From Lingula anatina (Eukaryota > Animalia > Brachiopoda), in NCBI GenBank assembly GCA_051362555.1, contig CM120640.1, positions 24,166,225-24,230,224 of the forward strand: a stretch of DNA of 64,000 bases. Direction: 5' to 3'. This document shows, piece after piece, positions 41,601-54,100 of this stretch. Every line of letters starts with the position of its first letter. The first letter of the stretch is position 1. A program made the position numbers and the translations under genes. The notes beneath the pieces are model-generated. The model was not told where the DNA came from, ran no database searches, and saw only the letters and a list, made by a program, of their open reading frames with translations.

Positions 41601-44600
41601 ATATAGTGATGTACTGTTGAAGAAAAGTTAACCATGTATACGTCTCAGCTGCTTCAGTAATGATATTTATGGCACAGTTGGTATGAAGCCAGACAAATAT
41701 CCATGTCTGTCTCACCTGTTCTCAAACTATTCAGCTTTCTGCTAATGTAATCTTTTTACCAATATACTATTTAAAAGGTGAGGAATCTAAGTGAAAATGC
41801 CATAAAACTCCAAGGTTACTCTCCACCTTATTATTAAACGAAAGACTGATGAATCAAATAATTCCTTCGAAGAAGTATCCTTGAAACGAGATTCACTACC
41901 TGGACTGGTGCACTGAAAATCACTTTTTTCTGGCTGAAAGTTTATTTCCAGCACAAGTATCCAAAGTGCTCACTTAGTTGTCCCTTCCCAGCTTCAATAT
42001 CAAAGTGCACTTTGGTTTCACCTTGCTGCACAATTCCTCCAGTTATTTACCTGGGCGCAGTGCTGTGCTTACTCATCATAGTGTTGAGATAAAGTTCACC
42101 CCCACACTGAGAGCACGACTGGTATTAGCACTTCTCTTTCCTCCCTATACACAGGGCTATGTTGTATACAGACAGGCCCAAATAGAGCCCCAGTTCTTGT
42201 AATCAATACTTCACCCAATGACTTTTTATACAGGGATTATACAACTTAATCCTTAGTCCACCTGAGGCAATATTATTTACATTGATATTTCTGCCACTCT
42301 CCGTCCCTGATCCAACTGTGCTTATACAGTGACATGTTTGGTCCGTAACCTTTAAAATAAGTCCCAACCACAAGTGGCAATGCAACAACTGGTGCCTTTC
42401 TGGAATATACTCATGAAATAGGTAGGCAGACAAATGGATTTTTAATAAATATGCCTTAACCCCTACTGCCAGGACTACACCAATGCAAATATCCTGCCAA
42501 CATTCTTCCTACAGATGTTTTCAGGTACCGTCTGCATATGTAAGCTGACCAATCCACCTGGCTACCAGCAATGGAGCAGTTAAATGTAGGGCTAACCATA
42601 TAGTAACAACATATCAGCATCAATTGTGTTGCGGCTGGGTGCATTCTATAGAGCAGGCCGATTGTAGCACAATCCTATTGCCTTCTGTGCAGAAACCATG
42701 CCACCTTTTCACATGCTTTATATACAAGAACTACATCTGCATTTGTTGGGTCAAAAGGTCAGTTGGTTTTAGAAAGGAGCTACTTTTAATCAATTCCAGA
42801 GATGAATACAGGCCTCAAAATAAAATTTCTTCCTTACATCCATACTGTTTGAAAAAACTACATCCTTATTTTCCTCCTTGAACCCCCTTTGGTGCATATA
42901 CTTTCTTCTGTATCAGCACATTTCATGGGAATGCCCACCCATAGCCATCAGTTCAGCTACCTTGTACTGCAGCTAATTCACACCTTTTGAGGGACCTTTT
43001 CACCTTTTTATAAGCTTAAGAGAAGGACTGATTAAAGAGAAGAGAAGACTTTTTCTAGAATTGCTCAGATGCACCTTTAAGGTTTTATGCATTATTCAAC
43101 ATTTTGAATCCATATTACTTCAAATTTTATGTGAAAACATAGACATTACAAATAAACTAATTTTTTCTTTCTGTTCACCCCCCAAAATTCCCTGCTGGAA
43201 CTCGTGTGAATTCAGATGAGGTAATTACATGCATTTCCCTTTCCATACTGCCAACTATTCAGCTCCCTTTATAAAATCCTCCCATGCACTTGAGTGCACT
43301 CTAAATATTTATACGTTTTATATGCTAAGCTGGTGCACCGGACTTGACAAAGTAGAGGTAAAAATACCTAGCTAATCTTTAGAATTCACTGACATCTCGC
43401 CAAATAATGCAATTAAAATGCTCGAGGGCGGCAAAATTTAGGGTAGAACAGCTTTCAATAGGAAGCACACACACATTACTGGAAATGGATACAACTCAAA
43501 GTAAACAATGCATTTTGTCCACATAGTAAATACCAAATAAAAGGATTATTTGCAGACCCTATCCACATTGTAAATATTGCATTAACCACAATCTTGATTT
43601 ATGAATCAACATCAATACAACACATTTCTGCCCCCCTCACACACACATCTATACTATCGAAAGTGATACTGATGGTAACAAAGATTCAAAATTACAAGGT
43701 GACAGGGCACATCATGGCAAGGTAGAGCAGAAAAATCCTTTACCCCTTCTATGGTATTCCAGTTATCAGATCGGTCCATGGCTAAGGCCAAATACTTTCT
43801 ATACCAGTCTTACATAACTGTATTTGGTTAAGCAACAAATGCAGTGTGTTACAAATTTAAACCATTCTGCTTTGCAAATATAACATCAAGTAAGTAACCA
43901 GAAATGAGAAAGAGTAACAGAGATCACACGTTTTCATTCAACAATATAAACAACTGTTAAAACTGACTTCGTGATAAATACACCATACATAACAAAGCTG
44001 AAACCTGGTTATTTCCTTCTTCCATTCCGTTATAAAAGCTTACTTTTTACTTGACTATTTTTATAAATTTCTTTGATGGTCAAACATATATTTTTTTCCA
44101 TTCAAAATAATCTGATTTACTTGTTGCTGTAATAGATATTGCTCTTGATATCTTACTTTGGAATCCTTTAGCCCTAAACATGTAACTATGCATAATATCT
44201 ACAAGAAAGCATTGCATTCTGAATCAATCATTTCAAATATTGAAGCGAGAAACATACATCAACATATTATGGAAATGCTACAGAGAAGCATGTAACAATA
44301 CCACTGTCACACTTTGCAAATACCTCAGAAACAATAATCATTTTAGGGATTGTGTTGGATAATCTATATCACACCACTGGTATTCTGACAGGGTGGAAGA
44401 ATTTACTGAATTTGTAGCAGAGACTTAAAATGTCTGTTGACTCAAAGTAACAGATTACAGAATGCAAAAAACAGGAAATACCATTTATTTCAAAGCGTAA
44501 TCCATGCTTGATACTCACATCTGTCCCATTTGTCCCATCTGAGGCTTCTTTTGTTTCTTCTGTCTTCTTTTCTCTGTTCTTTTCTGCTTCCTAAAAACAA

Positions 44601-47600
44601 CATAAAACTAAATAACCAGAATTCGTAAAGCTTCATAAAATAGAGGCAGTCTTTAAGCTTAAGGGGTTATTTCTCTCCAGCATCTCCCCAAGTCCATGAC
44701 ATGTTTAGTCTTCCATCTTTAGTGCAACCAAAATATTTTATCCTTAAAATGAAAGCTTACCTCATTAAAATATACAATGCCAGTAGACCTCCTTTCAGTT
44801 CTTTTTCTTCTGGCACGTATGGCGGACGATTTATCCCTGGGGTCTTCTGTAAAATATGACAACACTGTGACCAACAGCTGAAACTGATACCAGCTTTTGA
44901 TATGTCATAATAAGTTCCTATCACCAAAGCTTTTAGCAAAATGTTAGTTTTTTTACTTAGAAATGTAGATTGCATTAATCCACCAGCTATAATGTGAGCA
45001 TATCAACCAAGTAAATATGAACAAAATAGTAACTGAGTACTCTAAATACAGAAACTGAAAATCAAAGTATTTCATGCGATTTTCTGCAGCAATCTACAAA
45101 TACAATCAATGAGGTAGCAATCACTGTGGGAGATGTAATCAATGGAATCATGCAATAACATCATGCACATGGAAGGAACATGCAGGCCTCGTGTGTCAGC
45201 AATGTGGTGAGTGTAAAATGTACTGTTCCCCTGGGCTATACTGCCAAGCAAAGTTGCCTTTACCTTTGCTTTCCTTATCTTTTTCCTTCTCTTTTTCTTT
45301 GGTGTCCTCCTTCTTTTCTTCCTTTTTATCCTCCTCTTCACTTTTATTATATCTACACCTATATGAAGGAGTCCTATTAAGACCTGTTGTAGTGTCTGTT
45401 AAACTAGATGTGGTTGTAGAGTTTGTGCTATCAGAGAACTGTGAATTTCTTAAACTACGTGGTACATAACCTGGAAAAAGACAAAAATGGGGCATGCAAA
45501 AGTCTCCAACATGCATTAAAAAAATACAGTGAAGGTACTGATATTCCTGTGCACTGAATTCTGTTAAAAAGTTAGTTATTCTCGCCAATGTGCAATTTCT
45601 GATTCATGTCGATGATAAAAGTGCATTAAATAAATGAAATCTCTCATCATCAGTGTAAGAAATACCAGATAAAAATTCTGAGATGAACTCTACATGCTTA
45701 CAACAGGCTAGTGGCATCATTTTTTTTTTTTCAGTCAACTCTGTAACTTTTGTTGCTGGACATTCCAGAAAATTTGAGGTCTGCACACTTTACACACTTC
45801 AGTTAACGAACTAGCATGCCACATATAGGAAAGAATCATGCTTTGGGACACTTAACAGTACTTGTAGTATACAACAATGATCAGGCACACTGTACAGTTG
45901 CAAGTACTTTCAGTAGAAAAAAAAATCGTTTTCCAGTGAGTCAACTTATAAACATGGGACTTATGGACAGAGTCATATTTTAAGGCTTGTTCTGGTAAAT
46001 ATCTGTGTATGTTTCCCTGTGTTGTTTTACATGTGTATTAGGTATAACCACAGAAATAAAGAATTGCGTATAAAGCAGGATGATGGAAAATCTACAGCAT
46101 GCCAGTTCTGGGAAGTTTTACTACATCCATGCCACCCCACCCTCACTTTTAGCACAACATTTGCCACAATTCAAGTTCTCATTAATTATTCAAAAGTCTT
46201 CCAATGGAGCAAACAAGCATGGCATTTCTGCTTCGGGTTCAGCATCAATATTGACAGGCAATCATTACAAGCAAAAGGGAGTGACAATGGGTCAAATAAG
46301 ACAGAAAATGATATAAGGAATAAATTGTTCATACTACTCTAAATGAGCTACTATAACTAATCCTGTGCTGACCTGAGTCATAAGTGCTAGCTGTAGGTGC
46401 TGCAGTTGCTGTATTTGTATCTCTATTTTCTCTTGTCCTTCTTGCACTTCTGCTTTCATCCTGCAAACGAAAATAATTAGATAAGAGTTAACCGTAATTT
46501 TTGCACTTCCAAGATTTCAATTAGTTTGAAAACTCATCTTAAGCATGACAGACACCATGACCTGTAGGTCAAGTACCCCATAAACATGGATCACTGCAGA
46601 TATCTTTATCCTTAATTCAAATGCACAATTTCATGCACAGATGTAACAGTCTAAAGATACCTCTTCTAAGGCTTTCCGCCGTTCTCCACGACTGCTACTG
46701 TCCTCTGTTGCACTCGGTTTTGTAGCTTCCTTGTCTTTAGCCGTGGCTGCAGGTGCTGGGCCTTGTTGAGTCTTCTGTTTGGCAAGGACTTCTTCTAAGT
46801 CTTCTAGGGTCACACCCTGCATACAAAAGATTTTAGGTTATAAAATAAACAGGATTTTAAGTAGATGCTAAGTACTCCAGTCTTTTTTTTTTTTTACAGG
46901 ACACCATCAAATTGTACCCTATAATAGTTCTATAAATTAAAATTTTTTAAAATTATATGCATTATACCTCCTGGTATTAGGTATAATAGTAAATTTACTA
47001 ATTATTGGTGTACTCATTCATTTATCGAATAAGAACTAATACCAGTTTCTCAGAATACATTACCTGTGTCGACCTTCTTGTCTCCCTTGACCTCTTAGCC
47101 CTGGCCTTTCTCTGAGTTTCGCTCTCTTCATCTCTAGCAGGAGGCAAGTATGACCTGAGAAAAGAAACATCACTTAACTTTCTCCACATGCAGTTATTTC
47201 TTTGAAAGATTTTTTAATATATATAAAAATGCATTCAAAGACATATGGATATAACAGTTTCTATGTAGCACTGATCAATCAACCTTACATACTAGTGTGT
47301 GATCATCAACACAATCTCCACATAGCGCTAAAAAACTCTGATGATGAACAATGCACAGGTGATAGAGATGGTGAAGAAACAGATGATACTTCAACTCGAG
47401 GTACGTCCCCAATCCACTTATAATACTATACTTCACACCACACAAGACTAATGCAACCACATCAAATTCCATTCAACTCCATTAATTACTAAAGATCCTC
47501 TGTGATGACTAGTGTTTTGTCTCAATGTTTACCTCCTGACTGGAGTGGTTGTGGTGCCAGTGGTAGCAGTGGCAGGGGAAGGCAAAGTGATGGTATAACT

Positions 47601-48067
47601 GACAGAGGTGGCATCGCCATTTTCTTGCTGCTGCTGCTGCTGCTCCCGTTCCCGCTCTCTCCTCTCGTTCTCCATCTGCCTCCTGCGTGAATATGGCACA
47701 TATGCTGACTGTGTTAATCCGCCCGTGGAATTTTGTAGTGAGTTCAGGTAATTGGCAGTATAGTTGCTACGGGTGGGGTAAGGGTAGGTTATCCTGCAAG
47801 CATGTGGCAAGCACATGCAGAAAAAAAGAAACGGAAACATGCATTGGTTAGAGGGACATCATGCACCAACCAGGGACATTTAATGAGTAATAGTTTCAAT
47901 AACATTTTAGCAGTCTACTTGGTATATTAAACCTTCCTGCTCCTACAAATCAAAAACTATCAAAATCCAGCAAGTGTAAGTGTTACCATGACTGATTCAT
48001 CTGATGTATTAGAATTTGTCAGGTGTCCATATTGTAATAAGCAAATTTATAGAAGATACAGCAATGT

Positions 48068-48125
<58 letters not shown>

Positions 48126-51100
48126 TACTCTTTTAATCTATCCATGTCCCAAACCATCCAAAACTGACACTAATGCTTGTACAGAAACTATGATAAAAAG
48201 CTGCTATGTAACAAACATCATGATAATCAAGCAAAAAATTATCTTATGTGAATGATATCATCAAATTGTTTCCATCTGTTTAATTTTGTAGGGTGAACCA
48301 ATGACGTACTTGGAATACTGTGATTTTGCAAAATCTGCGCTTGCTGGTGGTATTCATTTTTTTTTCAACTTTTTATAACTATTTGATGTTTTATAAAGCA
48401 ATGATTGATGGAGATTTAGAATCAGAAACAAAGCTTTTCAATCAAATCCTACTGTTAAGGTATTTGTCATATATAAAAATAGCCCCCCCCCCAAAAAAAA
48501 AAAAAATTAATTCATTAATTTCATCATTCCAAATAAAAAGTTGAATTTAATATAGAAAGGAGACATAATGTAATTTGATATGGCAATAATTATTTTTAAG
48601 CAGGTTAAATTGAACAAAATTTATTGAGACAAAAGGAATAGGGTGGGTCAAAAGGAAAAAAGCAAAAACAATCCTTTAACTGCACATACCCGTAAGCCCA
48701 TCTGTGTCTAATAAAAATTTAACATACAAAAATAAAATCTCATGAAACAATCCCAATTAAAATAATCCAAATAAACATGCTGTTAACATTTGCAACAAAA
48801 CACACTGAACAGGTCACTTTTAGAATTATCTCATTTCAATTCAAAATATAAAATGCACTGTATCAAAACTGAACCAGCACACATGCACATTTTGCATTCA
48901 CTTTGTTATGCACTTTCCTGAAATCAATTCCCTTTTTGAAAATTTTTAAACAATTGAAGTCAATTCTATTTTGGAAAATGTATGAGAAGGTGATTAAAAA
49001 CTTTTTTGACAAATGTATAAAAACAGTGTGGTTAAAACTGTGCAAAGGTCTAGTATGACAGTAAAAACTAATGTCTGTAATGGCAGCGGCATGTTTCAGA
49101 AAAAAATCTGCCTTAAATCTAACATGGTGAACATACCTATCTCCTCTCTGCCTCTGCTCCAGACTATCCTGTGCAGCACTGCCAGCATATGTACCCCTGC
49201 TTCTTCCTGTAGTCTGTAAAACAAAAGTTCAATATTTCAATTTATGTATTTCACTGCAGAGATTTTCACTCACTCACCTGTACTATTCTAGAAAAGCAAG
49301 TTGCTGCTATGTCATAAGGAACAAACACACAGACAAACAGGTTAACAGAACAATGAAACATAAAAAAGAGAGACAAAGGCTAATGTTTTATCATCTAAGG
49401 GCAATAGAGTTAACAGAAAAGAGAATTTCAGTATTCTGCAACAATGGAATCGCCTCTTTGTTATGTACATACACAAGTGGGTGCAATAAAATATATCAAT
49501 ATTTTCCTGCAGGCCGACTCAGTAGACAAACACACACTGGGTAACAAATACATCAACAATAACAAAAATCTGCAATGGTACAGAAATGAAAAATAAATGA
49601 AAAGCTTTCTTAATTCTGCCAGAAAGCATTCTCCTCCACAGTGGAGGCACACACCAGAGTCCTGCTGACTTACTTCCTCTTTCTTCTCGGAGGCCAGCCA
49701 TGGACTAGATGCAGACCTCTGTACTTTAGACAGCGTGTCAGTCTCTGCATCCTTCTTGCTCTCTGGGACTGCGCTGGAACTACCTGTTTTCCTGAGACCA
49801 GCTCGCCAGGATGCAGGTCCTGCATCGGAGTCAGACATCCTTTGTAGTGGTCTTGGGGAGAAAGTGGGAGCCTGAAGCAAACATGCAAACATGTCAGGCC
49901 AAAACTCAAGGGTTAGTGAACAGTCCAAGGTGTTTCTGTAATATCTGGCAAGTTTGACATGAGATGATACAATGACAACTCATTTATTTCCAGCCACAAA
50001 ATTGTTTTTGCTACTTGGTAATAATTAAAAACAAGAACAAAAGTATTCAAATTCACCAGCCAGATATTACAGTTGTTTCAGGAAATATGATACTTGGGTT
50101 AAAAAAAAAAAAAGATCATGCTTTATATCGAAGGTCTGATCTTCATACCCACACTGCAGGTTACATGCAAATTCTCAAGCTTTATTTTTGAGCACAGGCA
50201 TTGATGCTCTATTCAAATCATGCTAAAACATCAAAAGGAATGACTTACAAAAGTGAAACAGTGTTTCATGTCCTCTGTCTACTATATTATATGTGGTCTA
50301 AGATTTTTTTTTTCTTTTTTAAGTTTCACAAAAAAAAAGGATATTCTTTGTAGTGATAATGATTCAATGTATGCCTTTCAACTACTGTACAGAGCTAACA
50401 CCCAGGCAAGAAATTATTTCTACAATTATTTCATGCTCTTACAGACTGAAAAATATTATGATTTGATACCTGAAAATAAAACAAGGTTTCTGTGATATAT
50501 ATTCTTTTAAGTTTCCTCATGTTAGTTATGTGAGAATCAGTGTGCAATGAAAGAATATAAAGTGCCATCAGTGCAATTATTAAAGATGGTCACTCTGAGC
50601 ACATGTATTGTTTGTGATGAGCCATGAGTCCCATGTGTTTTAGCATTCATTATCTCTAGCAGTACTGAAGCCAGTAGATAATAAGGAGACTATCCTAGTA
50701 CATAACCAATTTCAGTCAATACTATCTACTGGCTTATGTCTGCACCAAATAAGTAACTATGTGCTTAACCTGAGCATCTTGAACTTGACCTTTCCTTTTA
50801 CACAAAAAAACGGAAAAGTATTGGATTTGAATAAAATGAGAATGTACTGAAACAGAATGTAATATGTTGGCACCATGTGTTTTGCTAAACAAGGTGGTAT
50901 TTTTTATAACTGTGGCAAAGATGATGCATGCACAAAGACTGTTACCAACACAAGGCTAACCATGTTCATTCTGGCATATAAACTTTTTTCCACAATAAAT
51001 GTTCTTAAATTTGTGCAAGGAATTAGGTCACCTGTATCTCAAGACAGCGCGTTCAGTTCTTACCTGTCGTTGGCCTGCTATCCTGGCCGGAGCACTGGAC

Positions 51101-54100
51101 TGGCGCTCAAGGTTACTGTGTAAGGTTGCTGGCTGAACTGAGGCCTTCAGAAGCAAAACAACACCAAAAGCAGTCAGCCAAACACCACAATCGCAAGTAT
51201 GCAAACAACAGATTAACACTCAGGGAAATTGGCTCACCACATTTGATTTCATAACTAATTCTTTTTTCATAATTTTTTTCTGAAAATTTTATTTTTCTTA
51301 CAAATTTCTTTCAATCATGTTTTGAAAGTGAAAAAGAGAGAAAGTAAAATATTGAGTTTTCCTTTTTTACAATGGATCATCAAAAATAATAGAGAAAATG
51401 AAAATTTTTCATAATACTACATCAAATGTGTTAGCCGGTCCTCACGCAAGAAGATAGGGAGAACTATAGCAGAATGGAATCTTCAAAAGCAATACAGAGA
51501 AGTCACCACTGAGGTATTTCTGGCAACTGAGCTGTAACTCTAGTATTAAATAAAATATAACTCATATACAACATTTGACTTATGACACCTAAACTAAGAA
51601 ACAAAAAAAATTCCTCTGAAATAAAATGACACCATGCAGCCTTTTTCAGTATAATGTATAAAATCATTACTTAAGTCTGGCCATCATGTAAATTTCTACA
51701 AGCATGAACTGCAATACAAATCTAAATAAGGCATAGTTACAACTCAGTTCATTTACTGTTACTTGCAAAATGATAACAATGGAGAAATATACCTGTAGCA
51801 AGAAACAAGCTTTCCACAGAAGAGACCATCTTGGCCATACTGATTTCACTTACTTTGCAAACATTCTTTTCCTATTCCTGACACAGAACCTTTCCAACTT
51901 CTGCTCAATTCCACTTGAGCGAGCAATTGTCAGCTGATGTTTCAGTAAAATTAATGATTCTTTCCAAAGAACTGGTTGTATTTCCCAGTTTAACATGTTT
52001 ACTTCGAGACTGAATTTAACAACAGGTCATGTTTCCAGGAATACAGTCAAGGTGTGTCAGGTTGGACAACCCCAACACACCAATTAAAGAGATTCAAAAA
52101 AGCTGACACTGATAATCACTCAACAACAAATGACAGCAGAAACCACGTGACTCCATGCTGTCTACGTCTGCCTACCTGATATGCTGACCTTTCAAAACTT
52201 ACTACTGCAGAGTTGAACAGTCAAAATAAATGTTCTTCCATGACTTGAAAATAATGCTTATAATGTTCCAGCTAACCTTTAAATATCACATCAAACACAT
52301 GATTCACCAGCTCAACTTTGAAAGGGTACACACTGTATCTTACCTTTCTTCTATAGATGCCTGACATTTTCCTTTCCACCTAAATTTTCTTAAATTCCAC
52401 ACAAGTTTGTTTTTAAAATCATGTGAAGTGGAAAAAAATTCCATTTTTGAATTGCCACATGGTGCAAATAAATCTGACACATGTTGGAAATATATCATAT
52501 GGGGGCAATTTCTTTCAAACTCAATTGTTTTACATTATTTTCAAACGATGGTTAAACTGCAATTCCAGGCTGTATGCTGAGCAAAATGACACCAACTCAC
52601 AAGCAAAGCACACCTAACTATCAAAACACAGTCTACATGTGGCAATATGAAGCAATGGGCAGGAAATTATTTTCTTATGATTCACTAGAAAGCAAATCAA
52701 TTTTTTTTTTGTGATTGTGATAATGAGAAAAGCATTTCCATGGGGCAACCTATAAAACAAACTTACCTGGCCTCTAAATATCCAAGAACCAGAGGCACAA
52801 CACCTTAGTCTGTCAGTGCAAAGTGTGGTGTGAATTTACAAAACATGGCTATCCAGACTGGGTCAATATATCACTTCTGAGTGTACATACTTCTTAGAGA
52901 ACAAAAGCTTTCCTATTTATTCTCTCTCTCATGACAGTTTATTCAATCATTTTTTAATACCAAAGATAAATATTTATCATTTTTAGGTACATTCAGTCAG
53001 TAATCTGAATATTAGATAAGGTTAAGAAGGATTTCAGTCTTCAGGAATACTACATATAATTGATTCTCCAAGCTAGCCATGTTTTGATATTCTGCAGTCA
53101 CCCCTTCGGATCTTTTTAAATCAAAAGGAATCATAGTATACTGGCAAATAATACAGCAAATGCAATACTCCACCAGAAGTAGTTCCTTATTCACTAAGTT
53201 CCCCCATACCTTATCTTCCGCTTCCCTCTTTTCCTCATCAGTTAATGGCTTCTTTTCTTCACTAGTACCAAACACCTCATTCTTATCCCCATCTTCTCCT
53301 TTCTTATTCTGTTCAGGTTCTTTCTCTTTCTTCTCACTGTCCACAGAGGGACCATCTCCAATTTGAGGTGGCAGAGGCAGTTTAAACTCTGTTGTAATCT
53401 CCTCTATTTTAGGAGTGGGTGCAGGTTCAGAGATTTGAGGTTCAGGTTCTGTTGGAGTCTCAGCAGCAGCAGTAGTGGTAGTTACAGTATCCTTTCAGAG
53501 AAGCAAAGAGAGCAGAGACATAAGCATACACAAGCAATGGCTGCCAACAAGATTACAGCGACATAGTTTAGTATACTGATACAAGCAATGTCTACTAATA
53601 ACCCTTAAGTCCTTAGCAATTTTTGCACAATGCCATAACCAGATGTAAATAAAGTGGAGAGTCTATGAAGATGTGCATCCATTGTGTGGTTCACTAAAAT
53701 ATAGTCTAGTTTTTTTTTTTAATCAACAGCTATGTGATAATATAACACAATAAGAATTATTACTGTACAAGCATAAGTGACGTCATTTGCATAGAAGGGA
53801 CTAAATGACTACTTTAAATGAATTGTACAAAAAAATAACATACCTGTTGATTAAAAAAACTATACAAATTGAATCAAATCAAAGTAAATGTTCTTGAAAA
53901 TAGATAAATGATATATTCTAGGAATTGGTATAAACAGGGTGCAGATTAAGCATTAGGCATTGTAATTTGGGGAGCAGGGGGTACATCTGAATATAATTAC
54001 AATATTTTGCTTCTACAAACTCGAGTTTTCCATCCTGTAACAAACCAAAATTGCTTTACAAGGAAGTAAAGAAAACCAGACCAGATGTAATCAGGTGTAA

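Noticed and set aside
41598-41607. CArG-like CCTATATAGT upstream of the M20-like exon
   Set aside because: Imperfect CArG box (ends GT, not GG); too weak to call.
47275-47472. Possible extra MYPT1 exon in intron 14
   Set aside because: No phase-compatible donor and no similarity to MYPT1.
50668-50735. 13-bp inverted repeat AAGCCAGTAGATA/TATCTACTGGCTT
   Set aside because: Single short instance, compatible with chance or a repeat relic.
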